64,000 nucleotides of DNA, taken from Octopus sinensis. Its lineage: Eukaryota. A program made the translations under genes and the position numbers. The stretch covers positions 68,138,001-68,202,000 of the forward strand of contig NC_042997.1 in assembly GCF_006345805.1 (NCBI RefSeq), given 5' to 3'. Below, one piece after another: positions 55,498 through 64,000 of the stretch. Below the pieces are notes generated by a model that saw only the letters and a list, made by a program, of their open reading frames with translations, searched no databases and had not been told where the DNA came from. Numbering within the stretch: the stretch's first letter is position 1; each line of letters opens with the position of its first letter.

Positions 55498-56258
55498 CAG
55501 GGTGTTCGGGCTAAATTTGACAATTTTTTTATGTCTGCTTTTTTCAGGAACAGCTTAATGTATTGGTGAATAGTCAACAGCGTTGGAGAGCATAAATATT
55601 AAAGTTGTAGTCAGGAAAAAGTTAGCTGACATGGAGAAATGGAAGTCATTTGAATATTGGAAAAGAGTAACCTGTATCATGATCATTCGCGCCGGGTATT
55701 AAAATGCCGACATCATGACTGCTGCTCACTGCTCTGTGAACACTGTAAAGGCTGTAACACAGACAGCTGCAACGGAGACTACGAAGTCGTGGCTAGCAGG
55801 AAAGGACACAGCAAGCGTTCTGACTGCGTCTACACGCCACGATTTATCCAACAATATGTGAAGAAGGCCTCAAATGGCCATATAAAGCTGCTGGAGGCTG
55901 TGGTCACTCCCTTGCCGGAGAGAACCGCTGCTGGAAGGTCATGTTTGACAGCAGGATTGGGGTCCTTTCTTACCTACTGAGAGAATCAGAAATAGTTGTT
56001 GGAGAATTTCAACAACTTCATTAGCCCCAATTTCTGGCCTCTTAATTTTTCTGATTGTGATCCCATGTGTGGAGCGCAACTGGGACAGACACCAACCGTT
56101 CTGCCTGCAACACTAAGGCCGAGTTGGTGACCAAGATCAAGATGGTGTTCGGAGAGCTTTCCGCAAACACAGTGACGAATTCATGCGTTAGGTTCCGTAA
56201 CCATTTCGCGGCTGTGATGGAAGCTCAGGTCGGCTATAATCTAGTTGATATTTTTGTT
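55498..56258 (+). mobile_element. Internally deleted Tc1/mariner-superfamily (maT-like) transposon
   Basis: TA|CAGGGTGTTCGGGCTAAATTTGAC; YEVVASRKGHSKRSDC; QQDWGP; ENFNNFISPNFWPLNFSDCDP; VWSATGTDTNRSACNTKAEL..CVRFRNHFAAVMEA. Confidence 0.75.
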
Positions 56259-56279
56259 GATTTTTGAAAATATTTTTGG

Positions 56280-56344
<65 letters not shown>

Positions 56345-56345
<1 letters not shown>

Positions 56346-56899
56346 CCCTGATGCAGTACCAGGCAGTGGCTCTCATGGCTTCTGATCTTAACTGACTGGA
56401 AGTGTTATCATGTACATTGTTTTGTCTTGGTATAAAAGATGGGCTACAGCAAATATTCTGCTCAATACCACAGGTTTGCTTGTCAGTTGTTTGACCTTAA
56501 CCAGTTGAGCATGTCCCTTAGTGGCTGACGATATGTGCATCTCTGATCACGAGCAGAAGTAGTGGGGGAGCATCATGGCCATGTGTTGAGAGGGATTCTT
56601 TGGAGTTTGAATGGTTCACCTCTGGAAACATAGGTGTTTCGTTCAACATCCTAAAGCAACCCTTATTCAGGGACCGTTTGAGCAGGATGGGCTACTCAAC
56701 CTGAAGAAAATTCTAACTGGGCCCCACCTGCAAGGTCATGTGTTGTTTATCTTGATATGAGATCACCATGTCGCGCACATATGGTTGTGATGCATGTGCC
56801 TGGTGTACCTTTATCAGACGGGTAGTCATGATGGGTATATTGGGCTTCGTATATTTTACCCCAGTGTCACTTTGATGGCATGAACTGCTCTCTCACTCA
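56345..56899. mobile_element. Unclassified ~550-bp element, copy 2, (TAA)n on both sides
   Basis: Colinear with 30547-31096. Confidence 0.88.
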
Positions 56900-56916
56900 A
56901 TAATAATAATAATAAT

Positions 56917-57127
56917 CCTTTCTACTAAAGGCACAATGCCTGAAATTTTTGGAGAGGGGACTAGTCGATTACATTGACTCCAGTGCACGACTGGTACTTA
57001 ATTTATCGGCCCAGAAAGGATGAAAGGGAAGTCGATCTCGGTGGAATTAGAACTCAGAACGTAGAGACAAACGAAATACCGCTAAGCACTTCGCCCGGCG
57101 TGCTAACGTTTCTGCTAGCTCACTGCC

Positions 57128-57129
<2 letters not shown>
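56917..57129 (-). mobile_element. SINE family B
   Basis: CTGGTACTTAATTTATCGGCCCAGAAAGGATGAAAGGGAAGTCGATCTCGGTGGAATTAGAACTCAG. Confidence 0.85.
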
Positions 57130-57194
<65 letters not shown>

Positions 57195-57254
57195 CTTTTC
57201 TACTCTAGGTACAATGCCCGAAGTTTGGCGGGAGGGGTCAGTCGTAACAAAACG

Positions 57255-57592
57255 AAAGATACTGGAATTGAAACTCGCATTGTTAGCATGCAGAAAAGTA
57301 CTATCCTATATTCTGCAAGAAAAAGGGGATATCAGAAACATTTAGATAATATCCCAGGAGAACCATGTCTCAGAGAAATCCAAAAGATTGTGCTGATAAG
57401 TACTACCCACATCCTTAGAAAACCCTATTAATTTAAATGTATGTGTTGTATTACATGAAGATATTTCGCTACTTACCTTGTCGTTTCCTCTCCCTAAGCT
57501 CTCAGCCATACTGTAATATCTCTTATCCTTCACTCGCCCTAGGACGCTGGGTGTGTCTCGGCGAGTGATTGTAACAGACATGCAGATTATAA
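57255..57592 (+). mobile_element. Dong/R4-type LINE extreme 3' end with (TAA)n tail
   Basis: GYQKHLDNIPGEPCLREIQKIVLISTTHILRK, then 3' UTR and (TAA)n. Confidence 0.7.
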
Positions 57593-57595
57593 GTA

Positions 57596-57633
<38 letters not shown>

Positions 57634-57648
57634 TAATAATAAAAAAAT

Positions 57649-58185
57649 GCCCTGATGCAGTACCAGGCAGTGGCTCTCATAGCTTCTGATCTTAACTGAT
57701 TGGAAGTGTTATCATGTACATTGTTTTGTCTTGGTATAAAAGATGGTCTACAGCAAATATTCTGCTCAATACCACAGATTTGCTTGTCAGTTGTTTGACC
57801 TTAACCAGTTGAGCATGTCCCTTAGTGGCTGATCACGAGCAGAAGTAGTGGGGGAGCATCATAGCCATGTGTTGAGAAGGATTCTTTGGGGTTTGAATAA
57901 TTCACCTCTGGAAACATGGGTGTTTCGTTCAACGTCCTTAAACAACCCTTATTCAGGGACCTTTTGAGCGGGATGCGTTACTCGATCTGAAGAAAATTCT
58001 AACTGGGCTCCACCTGCAAGGTCATGTGCTGTTTATCTTGATATGAGATCACCATGTCGCGCACATATGGTTGTGATGCATGTGCCTGGTGTACCCTTAT
58101 CAGACGGGTAGTCATGATGGGTATACTGGGCTTCGTATATTTTACCCCAGTGTCACTTTGATGGCATGCTCTGCTCGCTCACTCA
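57649..58185. mobile_element. Unclassified ~550-bp element, copy 3, (TAA)n on both sides
   Basis: Colinear with copies 1 and 2; small internal deletion. Confidence 0.88.
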
Positions 58186-58212
58186 ATAATAATAATAACA
58201 ATAATAATAATA

Positions 58213-58667
58213 ATAATCCTATATAATATAGGCACAAGGCCTGACATTTTGGGGGAGGGAACTAGTCGATTACATCGACCCCAATGATTCACTGGTATTT
58301 AATTTATCGACCCCGAAAGGATGAAAGGCGGAATTTGAACTCAGAAAGTAAAGACGGACGAAATGCCGTTAAGCATTTTGCCCGAGTGCTAACGATTCTG
58401 CAATAATGATAATGGTAATAATAATAATAATATAATAATAATAATAATAATAATAATAAAATAATAATAATAATCCTATATAATATAGGCACAAGCCTGA
58501 CATTTTGGGGGAGGGAACTAGTCGATTACATCGACCCCAATGATTCACTGGTATTTAATTTATCGACCCCGAAAGGATGAAAGGCGGAATTTGAACTCAG
58601 AAAGTAAAGACGGACGAAATGCCGTTAAGCATTTTGCCCGAGTGCTAACGATTCTGCAATAATGATA

Positions 58668-58700
<33 letters not shown>
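58213..58700 (-). mobile_element. Two near-identical tandem SINE family B copies (period ~258)
   Basis: TAATCCTATATAATATAGGCACAAG at 58213 and 58471; both share the same internal deletion. Confidence 0.88.
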
Positions 58701-58740
<40 letters not shown>

Positions 58741-58741
<1 letters not shown>

Positions 58742-59222
58742 CCTGAAACTGTGACCGGAAAAGATGATGTAACAATACTCTAGAACATGCCAATCAATAC
58801 CGATAAAGAAATCAAGGCAAACAGGCCGGACATAATCATCAAAGATAGGAAGATTAAGAAATGCTTAATGATAGATGTGACAGTACCATCAGAGAGAAAT
58901 GTGTCCATTAAAGACGTTGAGAAGTTATTTAGGTACAAAGACCTAGAAATAGAAGTGACCAAGATGTGGGGAATGAAAAGCAGCACAGTACCAGTAGTGA
59001 TTGGAGCGTTAGGCCTAATTAAAAAGAGCCTTGATAAGCAGCTCAACAAACTCCTTTGTAGTATTAACGTGGGAGAACTTCAGAAAATAGTGTTGCTAGG
59101 TCCCGCACACATTTTACGCTGTGTACTCCTCATGAGATGAGGACCTGCTGTGACCCTAGGGTCAAGGGATTACCCCGGTTCAGCAGAAATCAACGGACCA
59201 TATTTTATTTAAAAAGGAAATA
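58741..59222 (+). mobile_element. 5'-truncated Dong/R4-type LINE endonuclease domain starting directly after (TAA)n
   Basis: ORF 58787-59140 KANRPDIIIKDRKIKKCLMIDVTVPSERNVSIKDVEKLFRYKDL..VPVVIGALG..LQKIVLLG. Confidence 0.9.
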
Positions 59223-59229
59223 ATAACAA

Positions 59230-59750
59230 TTGAGTCCAGCACTTCAGCGGAACTTTATTTTATCAATCCTGGAAAATAAGTTTACCTCAGCGAGATTTGA
59301 GCTTAGAACATAGAGCTGGAATTAATACCGATAGGGATTTCGTTCGACTTACGAAAGGTTTGATAATATTTGTTTATAACATAAGTACGCAGCATGCAGT
59401 TTGGAGTGTTTTGTTGGTTAGTTTTTGACGGTTACCATATTTTATAGACCCAGGAGGGAAGACCTTGGTGGGATATGAATTCAGAACTTAAAGATTAGTG
59501 ACTAAATACTATAAGCATTTTGTCCGTGCCTGCCATGCTACCTAACGATTCTACCAGTCCAGTTTATGATAAGTTCTTAAATTGGCACGAGGTCTCGAAT
59601 TTGGAGTAAGGGTAAGTCGATTAAATATGACCCACTACTTGACTAGCGTTTAATTTTATCGATCTCAGACCTTGTCAAGATTTGAGCTCAGAGCATAGGG
59701 AGCTGGGATAAATGAAGCGAGGCATCCTATCGCCTTTATCAATTCGCCAC
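59230..59750 (-). mobile_element. Stack of about three old SINE family B fragments
   Basis: Recurrent GA(G)ATTTGAGCT(T/C)AGA / GAATTCAGAAC and AACGATTC motifs. Confidence 0.55.
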
Positions 59751-60022
59751 TACTGAGTTATATTTACAACGCAAATAATGTGCCCTACTGAGAGCCTTTA
59801 TATAGTGTCTCAATCTATTAAAAATAACAGTAAAATTTCTCTCTAATCATGCTTTGTCGTCACAGAGAAGAATGATTCAGTTGGTAAGTATAGTCCGAGA
59901 CATACATACATACATACATACATACATACATACATACATACATACATACATACATACATACATAAATACATACATACATACATACATACATACATACATA
60001 CATACATAAATACATACATACA

Positions 60023-60054
<32 letters not shown>

Positions 60055-60459
60055 AACAAGATGCTCATAGGCGTAGCCCTTTTATCATAGGTCAACTCGA
60101 CTAGGGCTGAGGTGTGGTTAAAGAAACTCAACAACGGCAATGACAACAACAACAACAGTGTTTCAAAGCAAAGCCTTTCTCAATCTGCTAGTAACAGTAG
60201 CCAAATCTTCCTCAAGAAAATGTTAGATAACGTGATTTTACATACATCGTAAAGGACAGGATGTTCATGGCTGGAATACCTTTTAAAATAGGGCGATATA
60301 CAACGGCATATCACCGTTACATAAACGGAAATAAGAAAGCAAGAAGACGAGAGTAGCTTTGATGATACATCTATTCGATGATAACTGACCGAGGGCTAAA
60401 CACCTCATCTAGAAGAACGCAAATATAATGAAATGATTCCAGACAGGTTTTAGAAACGC

Positions 60460-60715
60460 GTGGCGCACCCATAAATATTGGAATGGTGCGGCTTTTTTTC
60501 AACAAATTTTATTCAACAAAAACAATATTTAACAAAAGCATCTTTAAATGACGGTCTGACTGTCTGCCAAGCAAATGGGAAGCAATAATTGAAGTAGATG
60601 GTGAATATGCTCCGGAATAATCATTTAAAGATGTTTTTGTTACATGTTATTATTGTTTTTGTTGAATAAAATTTGTTGAAAAAAAAAGCCGCAATAATTA
60701 CGCACACATCTAATA
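60460..60715. mobile_element. Mariner-derived foldback MITE
   Basis: ~62-bp inverted arms GCGGCTTTTTTTCAACAAATTTTATTCAACAAAAACAAT (60488) / ATTGTTTTTGTTGAATAAAATTTGTTGAAAAAAAAAGCCGC (to 60692); the spacer encodes CLPSKWEAIIEVDGEYAPE*. Confidence 0.75.
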
Positions 60716-60810
60716 GTTTGAGGTAAACATATTCAAATACGCACACATACATATTTACATTCATTCACATATCTGCATACGCTCACACATATCAATACAT
60801 ACATACATGA

Positions 60811-61025
60811 AGGCGGCGAACTGATAAAATGGTTAGCAGGCCAGGAAAAATGCTTAACGGCATTTCGTGTGTCTTTACATTCGGAGTTCAAATTCCGCCG
60901 AGGTCGACTATGCCTTTCATCCTTTTGGGGTCTATAAAATAAGTACCAACTCTATCCTGGGGTCGTTGTAATCGACTTATCCTATCCCCTAAAATTTCTG
61001 GCCTTGTGCTAAAATTTGAAATCAA
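60811..61025 (+). mobile_element. SINE family B, full length
   Basis: GGCGGCGAACTG head, GAGTTCAAATTCCGCCGAGGTCGACTATGCCTTTCATCCTTTTGGGGTC core. Confidence 0.85.
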
Positions 61026-61312
61026 TATATACTTACATATTCATATGCATACGTTTTTCATATAAACATACACATACAAACCTTCAAGAAAAAAAAGTGA
61101 AACAGCGCTAGAAATACTTTTAAAAAATTGAAGGACAAAATATTGAAGGACAAAAATGAGTACAACATATTTGATCATAGGTTTTCTCAACCGGAATTCA
61201 TCTGTTGCTCAGTAACAATAGCAGCTATCCTACATACGAGCTCACGAAAAAAACACTATGTCGTCGTTCGAATTGCTAGAAATAGTAGCCAGACCATTAA
61301 AATTAGAAGACC

Positions 61313-61401
<89 letters not shown>

Positions 61402-62174
61402 ACATATATATATATATATATACAAATTGAGATAGGGGTTGCAAATTCAACCCTCCATGGGATAATATATATCCAATATACTGCTAGTGAATTACCCAAC
61501 AAAGTTAATACATAAATGTTAAGAATTGCGATGCAATTAATTCATTTACTGTATTACATGGGCAAAGGTAAAATTATTTTTATCATAAATTAATAATACA
61601 AAATCAGAAAATGGAGAAATACATCCAAATCATTAATCAACTATCAGATAATACCCAATCACATACTTTATTAAACCACTACATAATAACATTAAGGTTA
61701 AACAAAACAGCGTACATGAATGAGTAATACAATACAATAGGTGCAATCATTACAAGAGGATATAAATAAATAAATATAAATAGATATAAATATAAATATA
61801 CACTATATCTTACAGCTGTTTCGGCCATGCAGATAAATATGCCTTATTTTACCCATATTAGCCATGTACAGTATGCCAATATGGAGTTAAGAATGAGACA
61901 TTTACAAATATATATATATCTTAAGGCCTCTTCGGAGATTCTAAAGTATAAACTAAATTACATATATACTCATATATTAGTGTGGGTACATACCCATAAA
62001 AAATCATTTACACATATATATATGAGTGCATATACCCATACTCTTATATATATATGGGGAGGGATAGAGAAAGAAAGAGAGATAAATAGATAGCTAGCTT
62101 GATACATATTCAACTACTTAAATAAAATAAATATCAGTTCGATTCTATCCTTAGTAATAAGTCATTTTTACAGT

Positions 62175-62510
62175 AAGGCGCATGGCACAGTGGTTAGACC
62201 GCCAAGCCCACAATCGTGAGATTGTGAGTTCGATTCCAGGATCGGGCAGTGTTGTGTTCTTGACCAAAGTACTTTATATCACGTTGCTCCAGTACACTCA
62301 CCTGTAGAAATGAGTTGCAGTGTCACTATTGCCAAGCTGTATCCACCTTTGCCCTCCCTCAGACAAAATCCATAGCGTGAAGAGAGGAGACTAGTATGCA
62401 TGGATGACTGCTGGTTTTCCACAATAACTTTGCCCGGACTTGTTCCGAGGAAGGAAACTTTCTAGGTGCAATCCCATGGTCATTCGTGACCGAAGGAGTT
62501 CTTTATTTGA
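62175..62510 (+). mobile_element. SINE family C, near full length
   Basis: GGCGCATGGCACAGTGGTTAGA, GAGTTCGATTCC, GTGTTCTTGACCAAAGTAC..CACGTTGCTCCAG. Confidence 0.8.
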
Positions 62511-62534
62511 ACTTTTGCTATTTAACAATCAAAT

Positions 62535-62720
62535 ATTCTTTTCTGCTCGAAGCACAATGCCCGAAAATTTTGGAGGAGGGGCCAGTCGATTAGATCGACT
62601 CAGTGTGCAATTGGTACCTAATTTTTCGACCTCGAAAGGATGAAAGGCTAAGTCAACCTCGGCGGAATTTTGAGCTCAGAATGTAAAGACATACGAAAAC
62701 AGCTAAGCATCACTTAACGA
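62535..62720 (-). mobile_element. SINE family B
   Basis: TGGTACCTAATTTTTCGACCTCGAAAGGATGAAAGGCTAAGTCAACCTCGGCGGAATTTTGAGCTCAG. Confidence 0.8.
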
Positions 62721-63586
62721 TCAAATATTCTTTCATAAATCGGTGTGTGTGTATGTGTGTATTTGTGTGAGTGTGATCACAATAATTAGAACGATATGCT
62801 TTAAACAAAGAAAGTACAATTTAGTTGATCTACATATACACGGGTGAGACACAGTTGCAAATTTGGATCTGAGCACAAGACCTATCAGTCTTGTATTGAA
62901 ACCGAATGTACCCAAAGGCACCCATAAGGAGTTTCCGTGTTGGCTATAATGAAAATCATCCAGTGTTCTCTGGATATTACTGACTTATATTGTGAGAGAT
63001 AATTCACTTATACGCTATCTTTTGCTTATGTCTTAGATTGTTTGTAATAACCTCCACGACTACCTTGACACCCCACCCGTTGCGCAAAAAGGGTGACAAC
63101 GAACCAGAGACCAAAGTTGCTGGTAATGCCTTTGGATAAAACTCTTGTTTTGTACTGCGATACAAACTTATGAGTTGTGCTTAACCTCAACTCATAAGCG
63201 TGCTATCGTTGCTTGACATCACGCCTCGATTTCGAGCTTAAAGATCAAACAAATGCTCCTGTATATCATGCTGTCTTCTTCAATAATTCCTCTAGGCTTA
63301 GTTAAAACCCCACTCCTTCGTTAGCGACGAAGAAGTGGGCTATTTCCCTCCTAAATGCTCCTGGATAAGAATCATAGGTAAAATCAAGCTCATGATTTGG
63401 TTACACATTTGTACAACATCATCATTTATTCCGCTAATTGTAACGTGTTGATTATTCCTTGTTGATGACAACGAAAGATAAAAGAAATAGACTTGTTGCT
63501 GTTCGAATTTTGACAGACACTGTTTGTGTTTGTTTTGGTGCAAGATCTATTTGCCAGTGAAAATTTTATTTCTTCTGTACTTTTAA

Positions 63587-64000
63587 AGCACACATACCCT
63601 TAACATTTACTCTTTTGTTGTTGTTGTAATCTTGGAAGCAGATGCTGCTTTAGGTGAATTCAAAATCAAACTTCCCAATGACCTTTGCCTCGAAAGTAGT
63701 ACTCTTTCAGATCTATGTAATTTTGTATATGCTGACCTCAAAAATAACTTCACAAACCCTGCGTGGCTTGCAAATAGAACCATTGTTACTCCAACAAATG
63801 AAACAGCACAATTTGTGAATGATTTTCTTTTGACCAAGATCCCTGGTGAGCTAAAAATATACAGAGGCGCAGATATAGTTAATAATGAAACTCTGTACCC
63901 AATCGAGTTCATCAACAAACTAACACCATCAGGGTTTCCACCACACATTCTCAAACTGAAGAAAAAATGTATAATTTTTCTGAGAAATTTAAATGCTACT
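63587..64000 (+). mobile_element. Helitron-type PIF1 helicase fragment, running off the window edge
   Basis: Open frame without ATG: DLCNFVYADLKNNFTNPAWLANRTIVTPTNE..KIPGELKIYRGAD..LYPIEFINKLTPSGFPPHILKLKKKCIIFLRNLNAT. Confidence 0.85.

Noticed and set aside
59760-60300. Short fragments sharing CTCAATCT(A/G)..A..(T)AGCCAAAT-like words, possibly another SINE family
   Set aside because: Too degenerate to set boundaries or classify from this window alone.

Overview
Eukaryotic, AT-rich, extremely repeat-dense DNA. I found no supportable host protein-coding gene, rRNA, true tRNA or CRISPR array. Most ORFs in the supplied track are microsatellite translations; the remainder are transposon relics. 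The SINE families and microsatellite load resemble octopod cephalopod genomes (recalled resemblance, not verified). Contents: restriction-like-endonuclease (R4/Dong-type) LINEs, RTE LINE relics, three tRNA-derived SINE families, Tc1/mariner/maT/pogo-like relics and MITEs, a near-complete MULE, a decayed non-coding LTR element with a tRNA-Trp-type PBS, a Penelope-like relic and a Helitron-type PIF1 helicase fragment. The best candidate novel system is a 362-bp non-coding monomer at two loci (25,988-26,915 and 37,527-38,227). It is arranged as tandem plus head-to-head inverted copies inside (TA)n and carries a minimal type I hammerhead ribozyme fold with a U3-A8 core covariation and a palindromic stem III, i.e. 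a retrozyme or Penelope pseudo-LTR candidate. A second, unrelated degenerate hammerhead lies next to a Penelope-like relic (46.4 kb). An R4/Dong-like LINE lineage appears to insert into (CATA)n rather than (TAA)n. All coordinates were read by eye; boundaries of decayed elements are approximate.
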